Shown here: in pieces, positions 1 through 8,127 of the stretch | Layout of the letters: each line of letters starts with the position of its first letter | Numbering within the stretch: the stretch's first letter is position 1 | Source of the DNA: an uncultured Bacilli bacterium | Lineage (GTDB): Bacteria > Bacillota_I > Bacilli_A > RFN20 > CAG-826 | Assembly (NCBI GenBank): GCA_944358895.1 | Contig: CALVSB010000006.1 | Location: 8,573 to 72,572 of the forward strand | Length of the DNA stretch: 64,000 nt | Direction: 5' to 3' | Translations under genes and position numbers: made by a program | Notes under the pieces: generated by a model | What the model saw: only the letters and a program-made list of their open reading frames with translations | Database searches by the model: none | What the model was told of the DNA's origin: nothing

Positions 1-702
1 AGCATTGCCCTCAAGATGGCCGAAAACTACGTAAACGTATTGGCTCACGAGGACATCTTTTCACTTAATGACATTCGAATTCGAAAGGATTATGAAACGG
101 CCAATCGGTTTCTCCGCTCCTATGCTCGGAATATCGGAACGCAAATCTCAAACCAAACGATCATTTCCGACATGGGCGAAGGCTTTGGTGACGAAACGTT
201 CGCTCGATACTTCGCCGCTCTCCAAAGGCTTTATGTAATCGACGAGGTCCGCGCCTGGAACCCCAACTTAAGGAGCAAGACAGCCATTAGGACAAAAAAC
301 ACGCGCTATTTCGTCGATCCTTCCATTCCGGCGAGTCTTATGGGTCTCTCGCCGAAGGCGCTTTACAAAGACATGAAATACTTTGGCTTCCTCTTTGAAT
401 CCTTGGCCATCCGGGACCTCAAGGTTTATGCCGAAGCCAACGATGCCTCTGTTTATCACTATCGGGACAATCGGAACCGCGAGGTTGATGTTGTCATGGT
501 TTTCAAAGACGGCTCCTATGGCCTCTTCGAGGTTAAACTTGGCGATGAGTCCGATATTGAAGAAGCGGCGGCCCACATGACGTCGCTCTCGAAAGATTTC
601 AGTGTCCAGCCTTTGTTCAAATCCGTTATTACCAAGGGACGTTTTGCTTATCGGCGCGACGATGGCGTTTATGTGCTGCCGTTGGCTTGCCTCAAAAATT
701 GA
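1..702 (+). CDS. AAA+ ATPase C-terminal part with DUF4143-like domain (5' end outside window)
   Basis: The frame is open to the window edge upstream of the ATG at 16. The blocks FVDPSIPASL, LFESLAIRDLKVYAE, YHYRD..REVDVV and GLFEVKLG resemble the C-terminal DUF4143 module of predicted AAA+ ATPases. Confidence 0.65.
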   Translation, partial: SIALKMAENYVNVLAHEDIFSLNDIRIRKDYETANRFLRSYARNIGTQISNQTIISDMGEGFGDETFARYFAALQRLYVIDEVRAWNPNLRSKTAIRTKNTRYFVDPSIPASLMGLSPKALYKDMKYFGFLFESLAIRDLKVYAEANDASVYHYRDNRNREVDVVMVFKDGSYGLFEVKLGDESDIEEAAAHMTSLSKDFSVQPLFKSVITKGRFAYRRDDGVYVLPLACLKN

Positions 703-744
703 GAGCGGTCCGAGCGGCTTTTAAAAAAGAGTAACATTGGCCAG

Positions 745-1200
745 ATGGAATATTGGATATACGGAATTATTTATGCCGCGGTTTTAATCCCCCTTTTCTA
801 TCTGATCTGGAAGCTGATAAAAATAATCAAAGCCGACAACAAACTCGATGATTTGAATGGGCCTGAGGGTCTTGGCACAGACGATTTTCTCAAGATGAGA
901 AATTCAACTTTAAGGCATTCCCATCGCAGTCTTTATGGAAGGCAGAATGACTTCGCCGGGGTTTATGCCATCATTAATGAAACAAATGGCCGTTTTTATG
1001 TTGGGAAGTCGTCACATGTTCTCGATGCTGTAAACAAGCAAATTAATGGGTACGGCAATAGATATATTTATAGCGACAGGCAAAAAGGCCACTCATTTAA
1101 TATAAGAACGTTTCCGCTTTCTCATAGCGAATGCCTTACTTTGGAAACTTTAAAAAGAAAGAAGATTGCGGAGTACAAAACGTTTTTAAAGAGCTATTAG
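745..1200 (+). CDS. Membrane-anchored GIY-YIG domain protein
   Basis: N-terminal hydrophobic helix IYGIIYAAVLIPLFYLIWKLI. GIY-YIG-like blocks GVYAIINETNGRFYVGKS and a later LTLETLKRKKIAEY Glu block. AT-rich codon usage unlike the core genes. Confidence 0.55.
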   Translation: MEYWIYGIIYAAVLIPLFYLIWKLIKIIKADNKLDDLNGPEGLGTDDFLKMRNSTLRHSHRSLYGRQNDFAGVYAIINETNGRFYVGKSSHVLDAVNKQINGYGNRYIYSDRQKGHSFNIRTFPLSHSECLTLETLKRKKIAEYKTFLKSY

Positions 1201-1243
1201 AGGCGGGAATTGCGATAGATTTTGAAGAAGACTTATAAAAAGG

Positions 1244-1648
1244 CTAATTGTCCTCGACTACTTTGGCATTGCGGGCAAGCGCTAAAGCTTGAAGGCTATC
1301 GAGTTGGCGATGCTCTTTCGATTTTATTATTTCGCAATGATAAGGATTGGTGGCCGATGGTAGCGTGGCGATTATTGCTTTAACGTCCATGCATGTCTTG
1401 ACGTCTACTGCAAATATTAATCCGTGCAGACGCTTTTTCATGAAAGCAACTGATTCCTTGACTGAGCGATTGGCTTGGCGGTCAACCGAACAACCTCTCG
1501 GGTCAGTGAAAGCAGCTGAAGAAAGGCGTGGTTTCTCTCCTTCCATGCTAAGCCAAAGATTTGGTTTGACTTCAGGACTCCAAACCGCGCGGAAGAGCAA
1601 TTCCTGTTCGTCCGTGAAATTTTGATCAATTAGAGGTTTTTGCGGCAT
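1244..1648 (-). CDS. Hypothetical protein, 134 aa (last gene of overlapping three-gene cassette)
   Basis: Intact ORF in an AT-rich region. Its ATG lies 23 nt inside the upstream gene. No family recognised by eye. Confidence 0.5.
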   Translation of the reverse strand: MPQKPLIDQNFTDEQELLFRAVWSPEVKPNLWLSMEGEKPRLSSAAFTDPRGCSVDRQANRSVKESVAFMKKRLHGLIFAVDVKTCMDVKAIIATLPSATNPYHCEIIKSKEHRQLDSLQALALARNAKVVEDN

Positions 1649-2180
1649 TTCTGTTTAAAAAGTTGTTGATCGCTTCGTTGACTTCGATTTCGCTTCCGCG
1701 CTTTTCTCCGTTATCTCCGTCGGCATACGAATAGAATATTGAGTAATCGTCGTTGAATACGTTAATTTGGAGATAATCGCCATTGCTTTTTTCAAATTCA
1801 ATCTGAACTGACCCGTATGTTGTCGGGACGACAGTTGGCTGTCTCAATTGAAGAGTTTCTATAAGTTTTTTTGCCTTTTCTATTACTTCCTTCGAAAAAG
1901 GCACTGCTCCTTGGCCATCCCAATTGTCTTTGAAGTTCGACATTAGGTTCAGCCTTTTGGCATTGACGCTATATTTGTAGGCCTCGCGTTTCAACTTCTC
2001 TTTAAATTCATTGCAGATGGCTTCGGCATCAATCAGTGAGTAATTGATTATGAAGTCCAAAAGCTGCTTGCTGATGCTATTGACGCGCGGCTTAAAATGT
2101 TTGTTGCTTGTCGGATACGAGTAAAAACTTTTGGTACTGCCGTTGTATTGGGCGTTTATGTTCAGTACTTGCGTTCTCAT
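1626..2180 (-). CDS. Hypothetical protein, 184 aa
   Basis: Its ATG shares one base with the upstream stop (TAATG). The C-terminal block NWDGQGAVPFSKEVIEKAKKLIETL...GSVQIEFEKSNGDYLQINV recurs in uncharacterised phage/plasmid-type proteins as far as I recall; no firm family assignment. Confidence 0.55.
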   Translation of the reverse strand: MRTQVLNINAQYNGSTKSFYSYPTSNKHFKPRVNSISKQLLDFIINYSLIDAEAICNEFKEKLKREAYKYSVNAKRLNLMSNFKDNWDGQGAVPFSKEVIEKAKKLIETLQLRQPTVVPTTYGSVQIEFEKSNGDYLQINVFNDDYSIFYSYADGDNGEKRGSEIEVNEAINNFLNRNAAKTSN

Positions 2181-2593
2181 TACTTGCTCACCGGAATAAT
2201 AAGCGTTTGATCTACTTTTTCGCCGTCGATTACGGCCGAAAGAAGATAATCTCCTACTTCCGGCAATTCGACATTCCTAGCATCGACATTGAGGGTAAGC
2301 GTCTTTGCCTTTGCCAAATTACTCAATGGCTTTTGGCTTTCGCCATTGACCTTTACTTCCAAAGAAAACACTTCTTTGCCAGAGGGGGAATGAATATGAA
2401 GGACAATTTTCGAATCATCAGAAAGTTTCAGGTCATAAAGGCCCAGCCAAAAAGAAAAGCTGAAATTCGATGGTATGAATTTTGGATGTAAGGCAACCAT
2501 AGGATTAATAATGAAAGTGTCGTTTCTGCTTCCGTCGGTTTTAATTCCTTGGATCGTGCTTTCATACATTAGGAATGAAATAACTTTTGCCAT
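2180..2593 (-). CDS. Hypothetical protein, 137 aa
   Basis: Start placed at ATG 2593 (MAKVISFLMYEST), preceded by GGAGG 7 nt upstream, rather than the longest ORF start at 2683. Beta-rich sequence, no family recognised. Confidence 0.6.
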   Translation of the reverse strand: MAKVISFLMYESTIQGIKTDGSRNDTFIINPMVALHPKFIPSNFSFSFWLGLYDLKLSDDSKIVLHIHSPSGKEVFSLEVKVNGESQKPLSNLAKAKTLTLNVDARNVELPEVGDYLLSAVIDGEKVDQTLIIPVSK

Positions 2594-2708
2594 AGTTGTC
2601 CTCCTTTCCCATATTCTACCATATGGAAGAATAGCTAAGTGCCAACACCATAATAGGTAAATATATGGCTTTTTCGCCAGCAAAACCGGTACTTTTTAAA
2701 CTATCCTA

Positions 2709-3905
2709 TCAATCCCGATGATAGACATCGCGGCTGAAAATCTTATCTTTGACGTCGCTAAGATGGCTGGTTACCCGATTGGCGACAATGAGGTCGGCCT
2801 TCTCTTTGAAAGCCGTGAGGTCTTTTTCCAAGGCATTCCCTTCAAATGATTCCCCTTCGAGGGAAGGCTCAAAGATGATAGCCTTCACCCCTTTGGCATT
2901 GAGGCCTCTTAGGAGGTCAAGAGTTGAAGAAGAACGGAGACCGTCACTTCCGGCCTTGCTGCTCAAGCGGTAGAAACCAATCGTCTTCCCGGAGTGCTCC
3001 GCGGCATAGGCAAGGAGGCGGGAGAGAATCTTCTCCTTCCGCATCTCGTTGGATAAATCGACCGTCGGAATGAGCAGGGCGCCATCCTTAACAAGCGTCC
3101 GTCCCAACTCCTTGGTGTCTTTGCTCAGGCAATATCCGCCATAGCCAAAGGAGGGATTGTTGTAGTAGTCCCCGATCCTCGGATCGAGGGAGACGCCATG
3201 GATGATGGCTTTGCTCGATAGCCCATGTTTCAGGGCGAAGCCATCTAACTCATCGAAGAAAGCCACTCGCATGGCCAGATAGGCATTGGAGAAGAGCTTG
3301 ATCGCCTCGGCTTCCTCGGCTTTGACGAAAGCGATGTCGACTTTCTTGCCCTTGAGCGGCGATAGAAGCAGGAAGGCTGCCTCCTCGGCGGCCTTCTTCG
3401 TCTCCCCGTCATCCTTGAGCGTCCCAATGACGAGGCGAGAGGGGGAGAGGGTATCTTTCATCGCTTTGCCTTCCCGGAGGAATTCCGGAATGAAAAGAAG
3501 ATGGTCGAAATTGAGTTTCTCCTGAAGCTTTCGCGTGAAGCCGATCGGAAGGGTCGAGCGGACGAGGCACCAAGCGCTCGGATTCAATTCCTTGACGAGG
3601 CGGACGACGTTTTCTACCGACGAGGCATCGAGCCCTTTCTTGGCCGGGTCGAAATCGGTTGGGGTAGCAACGATGACGAAAGAAGCGTTCCCGTATCCTT
3701 CCTTCGGATCAGAGGTGGCTTTTAGAGATAGCCCTCCCTCATGGAAGGCAGCCTCGATATCTTCGTCTTTGATGGGCGAACGACCCCCATTGACGAGGTC
3801 GACCCTCGTTTCATTGATGTCGACGATCGTGACTTCGTTTTCCCTTGCGAGGAGGACGGCGTTGCTAAGCCCGACGTAACCGGCGCCGGCGACAGTGACT
3901 TTCAT
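2709..3905 (-). CDS. ugd: UDP-glucose 6-dehydrogenase
   Basis: N-terminal Rossmann VAGAGYVGL, catalytic Cys block GYGGYCLSKD and UDPG/GDP-mannose dehydrogenase family layout. Start set at MKVTVAGAGYVG (ATG 3905, GGGGGA SD); the longest ORF would start at 3968. Confidence 0.9.
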   Translation of the reverse strand: MKVTVAGAGYVGLSNAVLLARENEVTIVDINETRVDLVNGGRSPIKDEDIEAAFHEGGLSLKATSDPKEGYGNASFVIVATPTDFDPAKKGLDASSVENVVRLVKELNPSAWCLVRSTLPIGFTRKLQEKLNFDHLLFIPEFLREGKAMKDTLSPSRLVIGTLKDDGETKKAAEEAAFLLLSPLKGKKVDIAFVKAEEAEAIKLFSNAYLAMRVAFFDELDGFALKHGLSSKAIIHGVSLDPRIGDYYNNPSFGYGGYCLSKDTKELGRTLVKDGALLIPTVDLSNEMRKEKILSRLLAYAAEHSGKTIGFYRLSSKAGSDGLRSSSTLDLLRGLNAKGVKAIIFEPSLEGESFEGNALEKDLTAFKEKADLIVANRVTSHLSDVKDKIFSRDVYHRD

Positions 3906-3986
3906 TAAATCCCCCATGGCCATGCGGCTTCTTGGCGCTATCTTAACCGCCTCTATGTCTTCCATCAATGCGGCGGGATATGAGAA

Positions 3987-4010
3987 AAGGGCTCCCAGCT
4001 GGAAGCCCTT
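3987..4010 (-). terminator. Hairpin downstream of the cyclase-like gene (possible terminator)
   Basis: 7-bp stem AAGGGCT/AGCCCTT with a 10-nt loop, followed on the minus strand by TTTCTC. The T-tract is weak. Confidence 0.4.
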
Positions 4011-4025
4011 ATCGGCAGGCGAGGC

Positions 4026-4766
4026 TTACTTGACCTTCTTTTCGATCCAGGCGCCGTAATCGGCATCGAGGAGCGAGGCGTGGTAGCACCACATGTTGAG
4101 CTCTTTCGAGAACTTCCTGGTGAAGAACTCCCAGTAGCCTTGCTTGGCGTTGGCCGCGTAGTTCTTGATGTTGTCGAAGTAGAGGCGGTCGATGACGATT
4201 TCTCCGAAGTCGTCTTTTGCGGCTTGCCGGGCCATCTTCGCCGCGTCGAAGAGAGAATCGCCTACATAAGCCAGAGGGGCATCGCCTTCGCCCGTCTTGA
4301 TGACGAGGCATTCGGAGGTCGAGAGGCCGATCCCAATCTCGAAGGTGGCCATGTTCTTCTTGTCGAGGCTCCGCTGGAGCAACTCGTTGAAGGTGTTCAC
4401 GTAAATCGCGTCCTCGAGGAGGGAGACGAGATCTTCCTGCCCCGGGGTGTTGTAGTAGGCGATCATCTTGTCGCCTTCGATCGTGAGGCGGAGAAGCTTC
4501 TTGTTTCCGCGGAGGATGGCCGCGACCTCCCCATAAAAGGCCCGGACGATCCGTGCGACATCAAGCGGCTCCTCTTCCTTGAAAAGAGGGGCAGCGTTCC
4601 GAATGTCGATGACCATGGCGGCCATCCAGCCTTTGACGCCATTCTCCTTCAGGGCCGCTTCCTTGAGGTCGATGGCATTGACGGTGGCAATTTTGGTGGT
4701 GGAAGACAAGATGGCGTCGACTCTCTTTTTGGAGGCCGCGTAAATCTCCTCGTTGGTCATAGGCAC
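4026..4766 (-). CDS. Class III nucleotidyl cyclase-like protein (stand-alone catalytic-type domain)
   Basis: VIDIRNAAPLF, IEGDKMIAYY, IGIGLSTSECLVIKTG and YVGDSLFDAAKMARQ align by eye to the FxDIxGFT, GD, RIGIHxG and GDxVNxAxR blocks of class III cyclases. Both metal Asp are present; the canonical Asn and Arg of the last block are not conserved. Confidence 0.55.
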   Translation of the reverse strand: MPMTNEEIYAASKKRVDAILSSTTKIATVNAIDLKEAALKENGVKGWMAAMVIDIRNAAPLFKEEEPLDVARIVRAFYGEVAAILRGNKKLLRLTIEGDKMIAYYNTPGQEDLVSLLEDAIYVNTFNELLQRSLDKKNMATFEIGIGLSTSECLVIKTGEGDAPLAYVGDSLFDAAKMARQAAKDDFGEIVIDRLYFDNIKNYAANAKQGYWEFFTRKFSKELNMWCYHASLLDADYGAWIEKKVK

Positions 4767-5193
4767 TTCTCCTCTATTTATTTATCCTTATTCTAACGGC
4801 AACTTTTACTTTTCGTTACTATTTCAAGCAAATCGATGACATTTTTTCCGTTTTGTTACATGGTAAAGACAGTTGCGACGGGGAACTGGATGATGGAGAA
4901 AGCGTTTATAAACCATCGGGCAAACTCATTTTGCTAGCCCTCAGGAGGCTTCGCTATAGCTATCACCGGGTACTGTAGACGGTAAGGATAAAACCCATCG
5001 CGAAGCATGGAAAGACGAACGCTTTGATGGTTCGCGGCTCTTTACAAAATAGTTGTCATAAACGGTCGTCCTTCATTGAAATGAGGGATAGTCGCCGTTC
5101 TTCGATTCTGTTCGTCTTTCTCGTATTTTCAGATGATATCGGTTGTTTTTGCGGAATATTTGTGCAAATTCATCGAAATTCACCCAAAGTCTC

Positions 5194-5209
5194 AAAAAAC
5201 GGGGGATTT
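5194..5209 (+). repeat. Direct repeat copy 1: AAAAAA-CG-GGGGATTT
   Basis: 16-mer that recurs 76 nt downstream with only the two central bases different. Confidence 0.6.
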
Positions 5210-5269
5210 TCTATACACTGTTAATGTTTATATCAAGCCAACCTTGAAAATCAGAAATTAAAATCTTTG

Positions 5270-5285
5270 AAAAAATCGGGGATTT
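5270..5285 (+). repeat. Direct repeat copy 2: AAAAAA-TC-GGGGATTT
   Basis: Second copy of the 16-mer, in the AT-rich region upstream of the fibre operon. Confidence 0.6.
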
Positions 5286-5462
5286 GCAAGGATATTGATT
5301 TTAGGCCTCGACAAGGACTTTCTTTTGCTTGTAGAGCGCTACCGACAATGCAAGAATTGTGCCGGGCAGATGACCCAATAGGGAAGCCGAGCTACTCGTC
5401 ATGAGAGCGCCAGCGGCGGCCCGTTTGCCACCATCGTGCCCGAGCATTCAAAGGAGGTTAGC

Positions 5463-6278
5463 ATGAAAAAGCAAACCAAGCTCGAAAAGCGTCGCAAGAC
5501 TGTACTCGGAGCCGTTCTCGGATTCGGTGCGGTTGCGCTCCTCACCACGGCCACGGCAACCTGGATTATCGCGGTCAACAATTCAACGTTCGATGGTGAC
5601 ATTGGCGTGACGGTGGACACGGTTCAAAACAACTCTGTCAAACTTTCAGTTGTAATTGATAATAACGACAAAGGCCTCAATGTAGCGGAGAATGCCTCGA
5701 GCTTCGATCCCGAAGGACTAATCCAATACACGAGCTCGGATGACACTTTGGCCGTCGATGGTGGAAGCATCTCAATTCCGGACTTCAAGATCAAACTGTC
5801 AACAATCACTGTTGAGTATGGTTCGAATTTCTGCGGTGCTGATGAGAAACTCGTCCTTAATCTTTCACTAAAATATGGCGCGGGTTTGAAGAATAATGGT
5901 TCTAATCTTGCCAAGGAAGCTGACGACTTAATTGGAAAGCGCACTGATGACAGCCCCCTTGCTTTCACTGTTGCGTCTACTGGAGAGGGCGAACCCGATT
6001 CATGGACGTATGTGAAACTGGAAACGACTCAAATCGAGTTGAATACCGGCACTGGCGAAACCACCAAGACATCTACCACCGAAGGCAAGACTGTAACTTT
6101 CACTTGGGGTTCGTTCTTCGACAATAAGTCGCCAGCCACCTATTACAACGAGCTATTCCAAGCCGACACGGCTCAAGTTCAAGACGCTGCCAACATCGAA
6201 AGTGAGCTTGCTAATATGAAGAGCAGGCTGGAACAAGGCCTTGTGCTCACCTGTAGCGTTGCTGTTGTTGATGCCTAA
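5463..6278 (+). CDS. Secreted protein with SipW-cognate-type (TasA/camelysin-like) signal peptide
   Basis: Start at ATG 5463 with AAAGGAGG SD. KR-rich N-terminus plus a hydrophobic core ending ATATWIIAV, similar to the GGGTWAAF region of TasA. Paralog of the next gene, sharing a C-terminal FxWGxxFxxxxPxxY block. Confidence 0.5.
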   Translation: MKKQTKLEKRRKTVLGAVLGFGAVALLTTATATWIIAVNNSTFDGDIGVTVDTVQNNSVKLSVVIDNNDKGLNVAENASSFDPEGLIQYTSSDDTLAVDGGSISIPDFKIKLSTITVEYGSNFCGADEKLVLNLSLKYGAGLKNNGSNLAKEADDLIGKRTDDSPLAFTVASTGEGEPDSWTYVKLETTQIELNTGTGETTKTSTTEGKTVTFTWGSFFDNKSPATYYNELFQADTAQVQDAANIESELANMKSRLEQGLVLTCSVAVVDA

Positions 6279-6295
6279 CCTTCTTGGTACAAACT

Positions 6296-7063
6296 ATGAA
6301 AAGTAAAATCAAGGGTAACAAGAAGTTTGCCTATATTCTTCTCGGCGCGGGCGCCATTGCAATGACTGGAATCGCGTTCTCGGCCTGGATTATTACCGGC
6401 ACTATCACTCAAATTGATGTAGCCAATGTTTCTGTGACGGTTGGCGAGGTTAAGGACCAGCGGTTTGTTGCAACCGTACTCGAAAGTGGACGCGATTACG
6501 ATTTGAGTTTTGACTGCGAAGCTGGTGACGTTACCACACCGATAATTGCCGGAGATGGCGCTAAGGAGGATTTGTCTTTTGGCTTCACGGTCACCATCAC
6601 GAATGCTGTTGACACTTCAACCGGAAATCTTTCTACCGCGTTCACGGGGTACACGCTTGAAACGACTTATCCCGCGGACATCAATGACATTGTTTCAACA
6701 AACAAACTCATTGTTCTGCCCATCGATTCAGGCCGCGTTGAAATTGTGCCCGGTGAGATAACGCTTGCTTCATCTGTGAGGTATAACGCTGACGGAACGG
6801 TTAATAACGAGTCTTCGACATGGTCTGTGACTTACTCGGCCGAAGGCTCGACTCTCAAAGCCGTATTCGTGTTTAGTTTCTTGTGGGGCGACTATTTTAA
6901 CGGGCAAAATCCTGGGAAATATCAAGAATCGGAAATCACAATGCCGTCTGTCAGTGATATCGATGACTTGAAGGCTAAACTGAATCTTCTCAAGACCACT
7001 TTTGGAAGCGAAGGCAGTTTGGCTATGAAACTTACTCCTGAAGTTTCTGCCGGCCAAGATTGA
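6296..7063 (+). CDS. Secreted protein with SipW-cognate-type signal peptide (paralog of 5463..6278)
   Basis: N-terminus MKSKIKGNKKFAYILLGAGAIAMTGIAFSAWIITG and C-terminal FLWGDYFNGQNPGKY block. ATG 6296 preferred over TTG 6284. Confidence 0.5.
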   Translation: MKSKIKGNKKFAYILLGAGAIAMTGIAFSAWIITGTITQIDVANVSVTVGEVKDQRFVATVLESGRDYDLSFDCEAGDVTTPIIAGDGAKEDLSFGFTVTITNAVDTSTGNLSTAFTGYTLETTYPADINDIVSTNKLIVLPIDSGRVEIVPGEITLASSVRYNADGTVNNESSTWSVTYSAEGSTLKAVFVFSFLWGDYFNGQNPGKYQESEITMPSVSDIDDLKAKLNLLKTTFGSEGSLAMKLTPEVSAGQD

Positions 7064-7149
7064 GCTATCAGCAGTTTTTGACTGCTTTCAGTTCTGATGA
7101 TTGGCTTTGGCTTTACCGCTTTGCTTAAAATCGTCATAGAGCCATTCAG

Positions 7150-8127
7150 ATGTCCAGCATTGAAATCCTCTCGCTTATCGTGACGATCGTCGCTCTCGTG
7201 AGCCTCTCGTTCGTCTTCACCTTTCTCTTCCGTAACTATTTCCGCGGAATCATCGAAGCGGTGCAAAGCGGGGAAGAAGATGCTGAACTCATTTATGAAG
7301 AAGCGATGGGCAAGCGGGAAAAGACCGTTGCCCAGAAGATTCTCCACTATAGCGGCAAGGCCCTTTCCTACCTCGTCCTCCTTCTCTTGGTCGGGGTTTT
7401 CACCGGATCCCTTGTCTCACGGTTCATGGGGACCGAGATGAGCATAGGGGGCAATATACCCCTTGTCATTGTCTCGGGCTCGATGTCCTACAAAAACGAC
7501 GCCAACCAATATCTATATACAAACCATCTGGACGACCAGTTCCAGACGTACGACATCATCGTGGTCAACCCGACCGCGAGCCCCGACGACATCGAACTCT
7601 ACGACGTCATCGCTTTCTACTCTTCGGAAGGCACGGTCGTCGTTCACCGGGTCGTCGATATCGTCGATACCTCGGAAGGCAAGATGTTCGTCACCCGCGG
7701 GGATGCGAACAAGGCCAGCGACGCGAATGCCCTCTATGGCGACTACCTGCCTTACCAGCAAGTGGTAGGGGAATACCATGGAGTAAGGCTTCCAGCCGTC
7801 GGTGCCTTCGTCCTCTTCCTTCAATCGGGGGCCGGTGTCGTCTGCGTCATCTCCATCGTCTACTGCTTCGCCATCTTCGAGTTCTATCGCCGGAAGATGG
7901 ACCTCGCCATCGAGGAACGGACCGAGAAACTCCTCTCCTTCCTCACCATCGACGAAGCCGACGAGAATGCCGACGTCAACTTCACGGAAGTCCTGACCTA
8001 CAAGGGCAAGGACTATGTCCTCCCCAACGGGGAACCACCAACTTCTAAGGAGCCTGAAGCGGCTCCCTCCGCCGATAAAGGCGACAAAACAAATATCCAA
8101 GCTACATCCAAGGAGGATCAGCAATGA
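7150..8127 (+). CDS. Signal peptidase I, SipW/Sec11 (ER-archaeal) type, with extra N-terminal TM and acidic C-terminal tail
   Basis: Catalytic Ser box VSGSMSY, His box VVHRVV, TRGDANKASD box and a C-terminal TM helix. Confidence 0.8.
   Translation: MSSIEILSLIVTIVALVSLSFVFTFLFRNYFRGIIEAVQSGEEDAELIYEEAMGKREKTVAQKILHYSGKALSYLVLLLLVGVFTGSLVSRFMGTEMSIGGNIPLVIVSGSMSYKNDANQYLYTNHLDDQFQTYDIIVVNPTASPDDIELYDVIAFYSSEGTVVVHRVVDIVDTSEGKMFVTRGDANKASDANALYGDYLPYQQVVGEYHGVRLPAVGAFVLFLQSGAGVVCVISIVYCFAIFEFYRRKMDLAIEERTEKLLSFLTIDEADENADVNFTEVLTYKGKDYVLPNGEPPTSKEPEAAPSADKGDKTNIQATSKEDQQ

Noticed and set aside
3906-3968. Longer start (MMEDIEAVK...) for ugd.
   Set aside because: The Rossmann fold normally begins within a few residues of the N-terminus. 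ATG 3905 has an SD, and the extension would start almost at the hairpin that follows the upstream gene.
2709-4766. Calling the cyclase-like gene a Pycsar (or CBASS-like) antiphage system.
   Set aside because: No effector with a cyclic-nucleotide-binding, TIR, or TM pore domain is adjacent. The neighbouring gene is a housekeeping-type ugd, separated by a hairpin. The catalytic Asn/Arg are not conserved. Only the fold-level resemblance is reported.
4863-5046. Known structured RNA (RNase P, SRP/4.5S, 6S, tmRNA, T-box, c-di-NMP riboswitches) in the long intergenic region.
   Set aside because: None of the consensus cores I can recall is present: GGAAAGUCC for RNase P, the SRP GGAA/AGCA domain, the T-box sequence, a tmRNA tag ORF, or the GEMM/ydaO cores. 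Left as an unassigned candidate needing an Infernal scan.
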